64,000 nt of DNA from the NCBI RefSeq assembly GCF_026571515.1, contig NW_026864466.1, positions 1 through 64,000 of the forward strand, given 5' to 3'. Shown here piece by piece: positions 1 through 13,652 of the stretch. Both the position numbers and the translations under genes were made by a program. The notes beneath the pieces were generated by a model. That model was not told the origin of the DNA. It did no database searches and saw only the letters and a list, made by a program, of their open reading frames with translations. Positions within the stretch are counted from its first letter, which is position 1, and the number at the start of each line of letters is the position of its first letter. Source of the stretch: Ruditapes philippinarum. Its lineage: Eukaryota.

Positions 1-1642
1 TCGGCAATTTTCTTTCTTCTCCGAGCTATTTTTATTTCAATTACAAAGTTAATCCGACTTTTTACGTATGGAATAACTATAGAATATATGAATTAGTAAA
101 ATCATGCATAATTTGGCTTTATTGAATAGGTGTTTTAATGATTGTTGAAAGTCAATATAGTTTGTCAATTACTCAGCTATATTTTTTTGTCATTTTCCAA
201 ATTTCTTTAAACTACTTCTAGAATTAAAAGTTAATTGACTTTAACCGGATAATCAGTCAATTCTAATGACTGAATTTTACTTGTTATTTACTGACCACTT
301 TTCGTTAATAACGCTTCACAACAACATTCTGCTTAATTTAGTATGTAAATGTTACGATATCGATATTTCTAACATTTATTGCAATTAACTTCCTAGTATC
401 AAAAAATAATTTTCTAACATGTCCTTACATTACGATTTACTTACAAAAGTGTGGTCCATTAGAATAGAACATCTTGTGATGTAATTCGACAATTTGTGGT
501 TAAAGTCAAATTATTTATTGTAACCTGCCTGCGATTTGCTGCAAAAAGCAGCGAAAACCGTCGATTCAATGGGAAAATTATTTTAGAAACTAACTGCATT
601 GTTTTCGTAAGACAATGAACTGTGTCATAACTGTCTAGGATAATTTCTCATTAAGATTGTTGCATTTAAAGAAGTATTACCAGTCCTGTGCACGTGATCA
701 GTAGACAATTTCAGTGAAAATGGGGGTAGTCACCTTGGGGACATTTTCGAAAAAATTGGTCGGTCAACCCTACATAACAAGATCAATATGATGTGTCTGG
801 CATGTCATTCGTCTAGGTCATTCTTCTAGAATAATCACATTTTTAGCATGAATACTCAATTTTAAGGTTGGTTAAGTGATCATGTCTTCTAATTCAAGTC
901 TATGGAAAAATTAATGCGTAGTCTTGGAAAGTGAAAAAACAACAAAAAAAAAGAACATAAAACAAAAACAACAACAATACACATGATCTGATAGGTGGTT
1001 CACGAAACCTTTCTTTGTGTTAGAACACTTTACATTTCAGTGGTATGAATGACTATGATAGAACACAGCGATGCAAGACACTCAATTTGGGCTTGCAAAC
1101 GAAAAAGTTGATATATCTATTCAGCGTTTATTTATAAGAGTACTATACAATTATCTATGGAAAATATTAGTAGATTGCTGCCGTGATACGTTCAACACAT
1201 GTACATCACAATAATTCAGTGATCTATAGAACCTTAGGCTGAAGTTTTAAAATTGTATTCTCCTCATCCATATTTCACCCATGAATACGCAGACCGTTTA
1301 ACTATCAAACTGAAATACTGTTTTTCTTTTCATAGCATTTCCATTTCGAGGCAACATTAAATACGTAAAAAGGTACCTATAAAGCACGCCTTGTTACAGG
1401 TATTAATATGAAAAGAACTGTTTCATAAGTGTCAAGAAAAAATTTTCATTTGGGTGTTTGCATTTAAAAAAGTAGTCCTGTGATCAGCAGATTTCTGTCA
1501 AAGGGGGCTAAAGGTTGTGTACTCAATTTTAAGGTTGGTTTAGTGGTCATGTCTTAATTCAAGTCTATCGGGAAAATTAATACGGTAATCTGGACTAATT
1601 AATAGAAAAAAACAACATTCAAAAGAACAACAACAACAAAAC

Positions 1643-1680
<38 letters not shown>

Positions 1681-1689
1681 ATGATCTGA

Positions 1690-1862
1690 TGTATTCCCTT
1701 CCAAAATATTCTCGGCCCGATGTACTTCCGGTAGTCAGAGAATTCAACTAAAGGTTTACTTTTCAATGTAATCGCCCTTTACATCAATGCACTTTGCCCA
1801 CATGCAGTGCCCCAACTTGTTTCACCCTTCAAAATGATCTGTCTATTTTGGTCCTCTAAGAA
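1690..1862 (-). mobile_element. 3'-terminal fragment of a mariner-type DNA transposon
   Basis: Matches 21175-21305. The minus strand encodes the mariner transposase C-terminus (KCIDVKGDYIEK). Confidence 0.7.
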
Positions 1863-1983
1863 GGACTGTAAGGTTACAGCTATTTCTTAATTTATAAGTG
1901 TAATATCTTTTAAGACACATTGATGTTTTTGTGTTATTTCTGACAAAACCTTGATTAAGCTTCTTTTACTTTACAAAAATACG

Positions 1984-2681
1984 ATGAGTGTTGCAGTTTT
2001 AATGATCCCATCAATGGTTATTGAATCAGCCCCAGCCGGTAACTCAAATCAAATGTCATCCATTGTTAATGACATACTTGATCTTAAGCTACAGTTAAAG
2101 ACCGAAAAGGGAAAAAAAGCGAATCAAATTAGAGACGGAGCTTGATATGTATAAACAAATTCAAGGTGCCACTGGGCATGAAGTGCGGATCTTTGATGGA
2201 AAAATGAACAAACTTATCAATGGCTTTTTACGCTAGACTTTCGAAAAGTTATGACAATATTTCTCCGTAAGCGACAGTAGTGTTTGATGAAGTTGAAACA
2301 AATAACGGAAGCTCTTACAACAGTACAAGTGGTGAATTCACGGCACCCATACCAGGTACATACATTTTCTTCTCAAATATACTCTCAGGGATTGATCAAA
2401 GGATAGAAACTTCACTTCGTATCAATGGTGTAGATAAAATGTTTTTAAATTCTGGAGGGAAGTTTCACGGATCGGGAAGCAACATGGCTGTTGTTAACCT
2501 GAGTGCTGGAGACAAAGTGAAAATGGTAAAGCATGGATTGTGGGGAACAGGTCCATCATACATACACCAAACATGGAGTTCGATTTCTGGATTTCTCCTT
2601 CGGGCTGATCCTAGCTTCTTTCTGTCTAGCTATTCAACTCCTGTTGAGGCAAACCTTGCAACAGTTCGTGGAGGATTATAA
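1984..2681 (+). pseudogene. Disrupted secreted C1q-domain-containing (C1qDC) gene: hydrophobic leader, coiled coil, globular C1q domain; apparently intronless
   Basis: MSVAVLMIPSMVIESAP leader, then coiled-coil-like IVNDILDLKLQLKTEK/RIKLETELDMYKQ, then gC1q motifs AFYARL, VVFDEVETNNGSSYNSTSGEFTAPIPGTYIF, SNMAVVNLSAGDKV, SSISGFLL. Lesions: about two frameshifts (near 2115 in an A run, and before 2220) and an in-frame TAA at 2268-2270. Confidence 0.85.
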
Positions 2682-3070
2682 TACCTGTAATGTAGGGATA
2701 AACGGACACAAATTGTGACTTTAACTCAACTTCCATCTTTATGTGACAAACTGGCGAGACACAATTATCATAACATTTAAACAAGACAACAGTGTGGTAT
2801 GCAGTACTGTTCAAAGAGATAATGTTTTGTTTTATCATTTTATGCAGGAACAATATTATTACTGACATGAACATTGGCTTACGTCATGGCGATAATACTG
2901 AAGTATTTCATAAAATAAAGTTTTAGCTTTGTAATGTCTCTTTTTTATTTATTAATGTGAACGATTGACATTAACATAAATTGATCATGAATTAAGTCTT
3001 AATCAAATATATAATAAATATAATACATGATTTTCTTTTAAATGTAAAATTACGGTCATCATTAAGACTA

Positions 3071-3775
3071 AACTAGAAATGTGTCATCATGCCACGGATG
3101 CCCCCGCATGCAGCCAAAATTTCAGATGTTATAATATTTAGTTCCAAATTTGTTTGCACAAATTATTTTTTTCATTTTAAGTTCAAAGCCCTTAAAACTT
3201 TTTAATGTTAACACAAACCATTTTCATACAAGGTTCAAGGCACTGACATTATTCAGTCTTAAGATTTTGAAAATAGCATATTCCCATTCCTTTGACATAT
3301 CCATATGTCAAATTTGAGTTGAATGTGTTGTACCGTTGGGGAGATAATGGACGGAAACTGAAAATTTCATATTATTTTCAAAGTTAAAAAGGGGAATAAC
3401 TCTGCCAAAAATCATCGAACCATGACCAAATTCCAACTTGACATGTATATTCTCATGCCATATTCATATGTCAAGTTTGAAACTGAATGTGTTGTATTGT
3501 TGGGGAGATAATGAACGGAAACTGAAAATTTCATATTATTTTTAAGTAAAAGGGGAATAACTCTGCCAAAAATCCTCATACCATGACCGAATTCAAACTT
3601 GACCTGTATTTTCTCATGCCATATCCATATGAATGTAAGCAACCGTAACTAAGATAATGAACGGAAACTGATGATGACGGAATGACAGAATGACGGAAGG
3701 ATGGAAAAACGGAAGGACGGAATGACGGAACAGGGTAACAATATATGCCCCGGTCATTACATGGCGGGGCATAAA
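3071..3775 (-). mobile_element. Non-autonomous Helentron/HINE (pearl-like) element with internal tandem repeats
   Basis: Bounded by 'actagaaatg...atgcccccg' and the hairpin 'atgccccg...cggggcataa'. Contains a GACGGAAT-type microsatellite (~3675-3730) and ~150-bp internal repeats. Cleanly absent from the paralogous site at ~24580. Confidence 0.75.
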
Positions 3776-5390
3776 TAAGTACGATTTGTATAATCAAATA
3801 AAGGATCGTTCGGAACAGGTCGCTAATCAATTAAAATTGTATTGCTATGGTTTTTCCCTTTAAGCATTGCATACTGATTTAAATTGTTAGATGTCTTTTA
3901 CTACCTGTCAATGACTAAAAAAGACAATTGATGATTATGTAAATGTATATATTTACATATTATGTTAGTATTTAAACATGTTTTATAAATCAAAATGTCA
4001 CTGAATAATCAATCACTGATCTAAAAGTGATTAATATCTATAGTATTTCATTATCAATCTGGTGTAATAACGTTTTGCCACTATGTCGGTCTGTATAGAG
4101 GAAACACATGATTAAATAAATTAAATGGGAATCTATGTGATACAGGGGAAAGATTAATATAAAAAGATTACAATGCGGGATAATATAAGTATACTGTGTC
4201 AACAAAATTGTAAGAGTTATCGAACATTTGCCGTTTCGCTTTATTTAAATTATTACAAGCTTTATCTTTATTGAACACACTTAAGATTTTAAGATAAGCA
4301 CTTTTTATATATGACATTTCGATAATACATGATACATTTGTATATATTTCAACAATAGTAGAATGATTTACATCGGCTTTATAATTGATCAAAGCTGTTC
4401 ATACAAACCATATAAAAGAACAGTATAACATTTCATAAACCTGTGTTCGTAAATCAATAACCCAAAATATGAAATATAGAAGAAGTGTACATTACATTTC
4501 AATAAATATGATACAATTGCATTCCTGGTTTCATCCAGTTTTTACGACCGTGGAAAACTTTATCTTCTAGACGGAGAATTAAAGGGTTTCTTTGGACGAT
4601 ATCAATAGCACAGGGTTCGTCTCATATTGGTGCGACATGAAAAAAATACCAACTTGGATTATCTTTTGTATTAAATGAAGACTTCATTATTATATCGAAG
4701 TAGACAATCTTTATACATAAATAGATAGAGTTTGATTAAGTTGAGTATAAAGTAAGACTATGTGTGCATCTATCATCTTAATCTATTGGCTGATTAGGTC
4801 TTGTCAAACAATGCCTTTACATTGTATTTGGATATGACATATTATTCATAATAGTCATGTAAAGAAGTATAATGATATTGGCCCTAGACAATAACACTTC
4901 TTATTTAAAGTTGATCAAAACATGATTTTAAGAGTGCCGTAATCTATTAAGCTAAAATATTAATTGATACAAGTAAACAAACTGATTGATTATATATTGA
5001 ATTTGAATCAATACTGTTAGCTTAATCATTTCCTATAAATTCAAACTGAAATTAATTTCCGTGTCAGATAGTACAATGTAACATGGATTGTTTTTGAAAT
5101 GGTGGTCAGTGCTATCGTTTTATTTATTAAATCAAACAACCTTTACGACTTTAGTTGAGCGGTGTATCCGGTATGATATTATTAACATGAAATATAATTT
5201 TAAAGGAAAAACGTTCATTTTACTTTCGTTTTCGTTTATTTAAAATGACAACAACATTAAAGGAGTTCAAATAAGAATATAAAGACAAGAGTTACATATC
5301 GTATCTTCATAAATTCATATTCAATTTGGTTATGTCAATAATCGCGCGGCTCCTTCCTAATTATAACTTACATTAAAAGAGATAAATGAA

Positions 5391-8300
5391 ATGGGATCGC
5401 GTTGTTGTCGTGAGAATAAAGATAAATTAGAGGTTGATGAGGGAGTAAGTCATAATAATGCAAAACGGCCGACCTCACCGTCAGAAGTTACAGTGGCTGA
5501 CAAAACACACGAAAGGTAAGGGAAAAAACTTGAAATACCTTTGAATTAGTTGATGATTACAGAAGTCTTAACAATAAATACTGGCTGAGTGGCTATGTAT
5601 GTTCACAAAAATTTTGCAAATGTCAAAAATGGACTTTTTGTGTGCAGAAAATTTTGCGAAAGTATGATTTCTTGAACTTAATACTGTTTTGGAATATCAT
5701 AAATTGGGCAGCTACATGTTAAGAATAGTTTAATACCTTTATTATTTATAACATTGTTTAAAATATATATTGCTTGTTTGATAAAGGACCTCAACGCACA
5801 TTTCTCCATCATACTTTAAAATATGGTTTGTTATATGAATAATATATTGTTTCATGTGATTTGTTAAGACCAAACTTACACAAACAAAGCAAGCGATGAG
5901 AAAAATTAATCCCAGTACTTAAACAATCAAACTTTATGCACTAAAGATGCTGTATGGAAACGTGTTTTCAAGAGATAAAAAAAAACGTTTGCCTTAAAAG
6001 AAATAAAATTTGCGCGATCACATATTTGCAAATAATTTCAATTCGCAACAATCGCAAATATTTCCACGTCGCAAAATAAACTACTAACACAGTAAGTTAA
6101 AATATTTATCTTAAATGGGGATAACAATACTAAATTGATTCGACTAATTTTGTCCCTATATCCTGAATAATACAAGAAATAAGTGAATCTTTGCGGAGTG
6201 CTTGTAATTTTTTCTTTATAAGTACATTACATTTAGGTTGTCAAAAATGTGTAACTTTTTTTTTTTTTGCGCGCGCTCCAACCGTTTTTTCTTTTTTCGG
6301 TTACCACCTTAAGCATTTAGAAATAAATAATGTTGAATTATGTTTGTTTTATTCCATACTAAAGATGTCTTTACAAAGAAAAGATGTACAAAAATGAAGT
6401 GAAAAAGCTAGAAAAACAACTGATGGACCTTGAAAAACTGACTATAGATAAAGATAAAGAGATTATTACACTAACAGAAAACCATAACCAACAGATGGAG
6501 GAGCACATTTTGAAGTAATGATATTTATTATCATTAGTTTATATGTTTAAGAAAATAGAATTATTAATGAAAATGTATGTATTGTAGTGTTATAAGGTTC
6601 TGGTAGAGTAGCATTTTGTCAACAGGATAAATCAGAGGAATGGCATAAATCTTGGTAATTTTTAATGTTGTAAACACAAACATCATAAGTTTATCACGCC
6701 ATTCGAATTAATGATTATTAAGAGTTTCCTCATTTTTGAAAAACAAATCCTTCTAATAGCAAAATTATTGTTCAGAAATATATCCATACTGGTCGGAAAC
6801 CATCAACCGGACACTTTTGGAACATTTTTCCGTACATATTTTATAATTTTTAACCTAGAGACCAAACAATTTGACACAGTTCAGCTAGGTTCTTCTCCTA
6901 ACTAACAAACTAATTTGTTTATTTCTGATTGTATTGACACTTGCATCTGAGGCTCGTAAAGGAGGGTATCAAAATTACCTAAATTGTCTACACTACAGTA
7001 CCATGTGTCCGGACAGATATGTACATGATGTGATTTAATTCAGATAAAAGCTTGGGTGTTATGATTTTTGATTTGTAACATGATATACAATATGTCAACA
7101 ACAAATGCTGAAGTTTTGGATATTCTATTATTCACTATGCAAATGATTATAGCTGGTATATGAGGTTAGGCATTGCTTTCTTGACCCCCGAATTTCAACG
7201 TCAACATTCTTGAAATAGACATTAAAATATTACCATTTACGGAGGTTGAAATAAATTTATTTACTTAATTTTTAAAGAAACATGCACTTATTGTTGATAA
7301 AAAAGTGACTGACAACCACAGAACAAAGTAAATACTAAATTAAGCATTTTCATGGCCGTCCGGGTTTGGTGGTTGTCCGGTTTTGGTGTTCCCAACCAGA
7401 AGTGGTAAATTAAGCTTACATTTTGCATACAGGTGACCTTTAAGACTTATAACTGTCCTATGTTGTCAATTTTACTGTTCTTTATAGTGCCCATTACCTA
7501 TGATCTACTTATAGGTCTACCTTTTCTAATGTTGAATTATGTTTGTTTTATTCCATATTTAAGATGTCTTTACAAAGAAAAGATGTACAAAAATGAAGAG
7601 AAAAGGCTAGAAAAACAACTGATGGACCTTGAGAAACTGACTATAGATAAAGATAAAGAGATTATTACACTAAAAGAAAACCATTATCAACAGATGGAGG
7701 AGCAAATTTTAAAGTAATGCTATCTATTATCATTAGTTTATATGTTTAAAAAAATAGAATAATTATTGAAAATGTATTTATTGTAGTGTTATAAGGTTCT
7801 GGTAGAGCAGCATTTTGTCAACAGGATAAATTAGAGAAATGGCATAAATCTTGGTAATTTTTAATGTTGTAAACACAAACATCATAAGTTTATCACGCCA
7901 TTCGAATTTATGATTATTAAGAGTTTCCTCATTTCTAAATTTTATTTACATTTTGCATACAGGTGACCTTTAAGATTTATAACTGTCCTATGTTGTCAAT
8001 TTTACTGTTCTTTATAGTGCCAATTACCCATGGTCTACTTTAACTGTTTCTTGCTTTTTTCAGACATGAATATGAACGCAATGCACTTGATAGAAACATT
8101 TCAAAGCAAAGAGAACAGAATCGAGAACTGAGGGAGGAAAATGATACGCTCTTGACAAGGTAAAATATTGTCAATGTTGATACACTCTTGAAAATATATA
8201 AATTAAAATATAATTATAATATTATTTTTTTCAATATCATTTGTGGAAAATCTTGCTTGCTTACTCATACTTGTTCAAAGGTTACGATTATATTAGTGTA

Positions 8301-11300
8301 TTAGTCTCACAATTGTGCAGATCACTAAGATCACGACCAATATACGAGATCCATATTTGGAGGTTACCTTAGTGTTAATTGACAAATTTAAGCCTTCTAT
8401 ATTTATGACGACAAATGTTTTAAGACATATATTTTAAGACATACCGCACGCTTAGTGTTCAACCCATTTACAGTTGGACACTACGCTTTCCTCTTTTAAT
8501 TACATCTGACGGACCAAGTGGGAGACTCTATGATGGACAGTTCTTAAAGCCCTTTGGGACTGAATTGCCTTAATGTTTGTCTTCTGTCTTGCTTCGTCGG
8601 GCCCTTGTAGGTGATTTTCTTTGTTGCTCTGTCTTCCTTTAGGACATCGAGTACCTTTGTTATGGTCATTGGGTTAACTTTTATATGTTTTTACATGATC
8701 ATTTTTGTGTTTTACTTATTTAACCTTTTGTAACCATAACAACTGTTAGAATTTCACTTGGGGGGGGGGGGCTGAGAGCGAGGTTTGGTGCACCATTAAC
8801 CGGTTGGTTTAAACTCCCCAGCAGTATTTATGCTGCTGACCGTTCCAAGGCGGCGCCCCTCTGTGTTCCTCAGATGTATGTCTATGTTGTTTCATACTGT
8901 TTTGGTGACACTTGTGTCCCTTGTTGTTTTCTCGTCTACGGTAAGTATCTTCCCCTTTGCCCCTAGTTTTTATTTATTTTATGTATCTCCTCCCTTCTCC
9001 TGATCTCCTGTCCCCTTCCCCTGTGCCCTTTGACTTTATGGGCCTATTTTCAATCATTTATTTGTTTTCTTTTAGTGCCTTATTAGTAACTAATTGTTTA
9101 TGGTTTTAGTGGTTAGCCTGCCCATGCCCTTGTGCCCTGTCCTGTTTTTGTTTTGGGGTCCTCCTGGGCTCCTTGCCACTGGCTCTTATTGCTGGGTCGG
9201 GTGAGGGTTGCTTCATTGAACGCCGCCTTTCCTTGTCGATCTTGTTTATCATATTTTGAACAAGTAACTGTACCAGAAACAAACAGACTTATTTCCTGGA
9301 ATATTTATGATGGTAACAAATGATTGAGTTCCCTAAGCATAACAATTGCAGGCCTCTGCAGAGTTACGATACTAAAATCTCCCAGACTGATACAAAGTCT
9401 AGCCCCAACAGATTGATAGTAATAAAAAATGACAACAAATGAAGTCTCAATTCTCATTAAAACTCAATCATTCAATCAAACCTTAACCAGGTGCCTTGCT
9501 TAAACTACAACAGTACTTATGTTTACCTGTTTATCAACGTGATTGTAATAGTTTACAATTTACTATAAGTAGGTGTTTAGAAAAGGGGAAAGAAAACAAT
9601 GAAAAACCAAAAAGGGCAATGTCTTTATGATATGTTTATATTTCTGCTGTATTTGCAGATTCAGTGATGTTGCCAGTGCTAAGCTTACCGACGGGAACCC
9701 TAATATTGCAGACTTGAGTGATAAAAACCGACCTACAAAATTAGCTGAACAATATTCAGAACTCTATGACAATGAATGGACTGACGCCTTTGGTGTATTA
9801 AAAGGTGGAAACTCGGAAGAAAATGCATGCCGTATTCTTTTACACATGTTTTGTGTAAGAATAAGAATTAATTTCATAACTTATAAAAGACAAAATAATA
9901 AAAAAATAAATAAAAATATTTCGGAAAAAATCTGATTTGCCACATACGTGTTTAATTCGATAAATAAAAATAAGATTGTAGAAATAATGAATGTTAATTT
10001 TACCATGAGTGTACAACAGCAATGAATATAAATATCATGTTTGTATTTTTATTTTCTAATTGTTTTGCAGGACATTTATATAGCTTGTATAAAAAAGGCC
10101 GGACAAGATTGTGATAATGTGACAGATGCCATCAAGACCTTTCTCGATGTATGTTTTTATGTGTACTGTTTATCGTATTTATGTTCTCGTCGCTTTTCTC
10201 TGCATTATTATAAAATCAAAAACATACACCCTAAAAAACTGGGAATCAAAATTGATATTGGTATCGTTTAATACGTAAGTGTTGTCATTCTAATTTAATT
10301 CATTTTTTTCTAATTTTCACTGTTCGTGTCATAATCCTAAAATATTAAAAAGGTAGACATATTTGGAATAGATAAGAATTTAAGTTATTACTTTCATTGC
10401 AATTATGTTATTGAGGATGAATATAATTTTTTCTTTTGAATGTTCACTATATAACGATATCAGAGCTGTCTATTTAAAATATACGTGGTTACATCACCAT
10501 TCCCACGATTTATTTTATACCCTTGTGTAATCAACAATAACAAATGAAGTAATATCTATTGCTAAATATTTATATCATGCAATGAATGTAAGAAAGGAAT
10601 AGCTAAATAAGCATTTCAAAATTCAATTCATTTCATCTAGTTACAAATGTAGTTGCAATTTATCACTCAATCACAGTACCGTTTGATTATATTTTGTAAT
10701 TTGTATTTTGAACCTGAGGTCTTTATTACCAGAAATAAACTGAAACTGAACTGAAACTAAATATATTTTTTAATCTTAAACTGTCCATGTTGACGATCTC
10801 TTTTGTAAATGTCATTTAAAGCAAAGTTTTATGTTATGTTAGAAACAGGTCGGTTATTATGATAAAATATAATGAATTCATGATCTTTATCATTAGGGGC
10901 AGCAACCACCAGTCGAGTTATTGAAACAACTGAAAGACAACAGAAAGAACAATACCGCAGGACAAAAAACTATTATTAAACAGGTATTGATATAAACCAA
11001 TGTCAGCATATTTTGATATATCATTCGGCAATTGGAAACAATGTGAAAATAAACTGGAAAACGTTTTATTTAAATTATTTTTTCGGTTAAGTGGATTGAT
11101 GTTAATGTACTCGTAATGCTAACTTAATACTAAATTATACTAAATTATAGGAAACAGCGCTTGCATTGCTAAAATGAATAGAGACGTATACTCATTTGTA
11201 GTTGTGACTGTATTCATAATATCATTTATTTCAGGAAATTAAAGGAAAAATAAAGTGTATTTTACCCGAAAAAGAACTCCGAAAGGACCAACATGTTAAA

Positions 11301-11597
11301 CGATTTTTTAAACAGTGGTATAGTTTTGTTGCGTTAGCAGTTCAGATTCCCAAACCCTCTTGTTGTGCAAATATGATCGGCTTGATGAACTGCATGATAG
11401 TACTTGTTACAAGCTTATACAAAACGCGTATTTACATAGCATACATAGTATGGCCAGTATTATACTTGCACGAAAATGGAAACATTTTAATGAAAGGCAT
11501 TGCTCAGTGTAAGGCTAAAAACAGCAAACACAGTAGTGTACATTCTCTAACATCAACAAAACCAAAAACAGGAATGAGTTACAACAATTTGATTTGA
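5391..11597 (+). CDS. MIEAP/SPATA18-like domain protein, paralogue A (~414 aa as assembled; last exon corrupted, either pseudogenising or sequence error)
   Basis: Predicted exons: 5391-5515, 6365-6514, 7564-7713, 8064-8159, 9659-9854, 10071-10148, 10897-10983, 11235-11597, all GT-AG and phase-compatible. N-terminus MGSRCCRENK; core DGNPNIADLSDKNRPTKLAEQYSELYDNEWTDAF; IVWPVLYLHENGNILMKGIAQ. The CWRMAVQDPP segment of B is garbled by small indels. Confidence 0.8.
6329..7935 (+). repeat. Local duplication of a ~400-bp segment containing the 150-nt coiled-coil exon of gene A (~6329-6735 and ~7528-7935)
   Basis: Near-identical exon and flanking intron sequence: EKMYKNEVKKLEKQLMDLEKL vs EKMYKNEEKRLEKQLMDLEKL. 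Confidence 0.92.
8431..9255 (+). mobile_element. 3' end of a non-LTR retroelement (possibly Penelope-like) in a gene A intron
   Basis: Degenerate ORF end ILRHTARLVFNPFTVGHYAFLF followed by the common molluscan tail motif 'ggtttaaactcccca...ctgaccgttccaaggcgg'. More GC-rich than its flanks and absent from the equivalent intron of B. The family call is from memory only. Confidence 0.5.
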
Positions 11598-13217
11598 AAG
11601 ATAATAGCAAGGCAAAACAATTTGGAAAACACATCAAACAATTGTCTGCCTCATCAAATGAGTCCCGAAGAAGCAAAGAAAGACTATGATAACAAGGAAA
11701 TATTGAAATCAGCAAATAAACATTAAGAGTGCCCAACGCTATGATCACAGAAGACGATCGTTCAAACGATCGGGAAATACCAAACAAAAATAGTTTGGGA
11801 AAAAATGAAATCAATCGAGCAACTACACCAAGTCACATTCAGGTGCAACTACACAATTAAATAAAAAAGTAAATCGGAGCAGGACATTAAAATTGTGATT
11901 GTGACATTTCTTTAACATTTATATAATGAGCTGCTCCTAATTGACTATCTAAACGAAACTGTAAAACAATGGAACATTATTATAACTGTCATAAGCTGTA
12001 ACTCAAAGTACAATTTACCAGCGATGACACTGCGACAGCATCACACTCAAACTGAAGCACATCTAGGGACATGGGACTGAGAACATGTTTTTTTTAAATG
12101 TTCATAAACGCCATTTTTGAGCTTTCATAATTAATTAGGCAGTGAATGGTGTTATTTTTTTCTTTCGGTTAATATAAATAAATGTAATATTGCTTTCCAT
12201 TTAAGTTATCAAACTAAGATTTTTCTTACTTTTGAAACACAGACTTTTGTTTTCATTACATGTAGAAAATGGTGATTGTTTCAGACGTTCTCGCACATAA
12301 TAACGGACTATTGTGAATTTTTACAAAATTTATAAATTGTTGCTCTGTTTTTACTTAACCATGTACAGTTTTGAATCTGTTTCATGAACATTTTTAAACA
12401 TTTTGTTTAGTTGTATAATTATCTAAAATAATTCAATTGTGACCATTTTTGACATGAAAATATATCATCACCGTATAAAAAGTGATGACGCGAAACTAGT
12501 GATGTTGAATATACAGATTATTGACTCATTTTGAAGGATTAATGCATGTAGCAAATGAAATTCTAAAGCTTATATAATGTCGTCTATGAAATGAATAAAT
12601 AGACAAATGCACTTGACAGCGGTCCTGAAAAGATTCATGGAAATAATATATTTCCGAATCATCTTTGATTTTTCATTGTCTGAAATGTTGGACGAAACCC
12701 GTGTTAAAATGCATAAAAAGCAAGCACTTGAGCTTACCAGTGGTGCAAAGTACTTGATAGCATACTCATGTCGCTTTTACTATATTACATGACTATGTAT
12801 ATTTTTGCTGGGCGTCTTTTGCATTATACAGATATAACTTAAAGTCTTGCCTTTAAAAAATGAAATTATATTTATGTAACTTCAATTATAATAAAACAGA
12901 GGCTTCAATAACATATCATTCGCGTCATATGCTTGCATTGATATTATAATATTTAACTCGTTCAATTAGATCAGTATTGAACCTGCACTCATGAATATCC
13001 AATACAAAAAAAACCCCAAAAATCAACAAAATTGTGTGGATTGATAACACAAAACACGTGTTACATATTCGATTTGTACAATATACGATAATTGTTATTC
13101 AGTCAGTCTCTTTTCAATGTAAAAAACAACATTTTTAAGTAAACACAGAGAAGATTTGTTACAGTTTAAACTTTACACACTACGAGTGAACATTGTAAAA
13201 TTTGCATTTTTTGTTGT

Positions 13218-13237
13218 TTGTGTGTGTGTTGGTGTGC

Positions 13238-13283
<46 letters not shown>
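13218..13283. repeat. (GT)n microsatellite
   Basis: Directly visible TG dinucleotide run with a few GC interruptions. Confidence 0.97.
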
Positions 13284-13285
<2 letters not shown>

Positions 13286-13652
13286 CGTTAAGAAAGGACT
13301 GAATCAAGTAATATGAAATGCAGCTTCAATAACATTGTTTCGACCTGCTCATATTCAATTACAAATATATGTGGCGGGGTGTGGTATATGTACGGAATTT
13401 ATTGCAGTAACCGGCTATTGCAATTGTTTGTCCACGAAACACAATATTCTTACCGATTTAATGTATTGATTACATGTGATGACAGCAACGATGTGTGTTA
13501 GATTACTTTCGGTTCAGAAAATTCATTTGTTTACCATCAAAACTCATATGTTTACCATAGGAACCAGATATAGATAGAAAGCAAATTAAATAAAGGTAAA
13601 GAAAAAAACTGTCCGTTTCTGAACAAAAAATCGAATAAATAAATACAAAGTC

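Larger units (their letters stand above)
1..12010 (+). repeat. Segmental duplication, copy 1 (mariner relic + C1q pseudogene + MIEAP-like gene A); begins before the window start
   Basis: Colinear high similarity with ~19354-32240. For example, 1-70 'tctccgagctatttttat...tttttacgtatgg' matches 19381-19433; the C1q region, the intergenic DNA and all gene exons recur in the same order. Boundaries are approximate. Confidence 0.9.
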
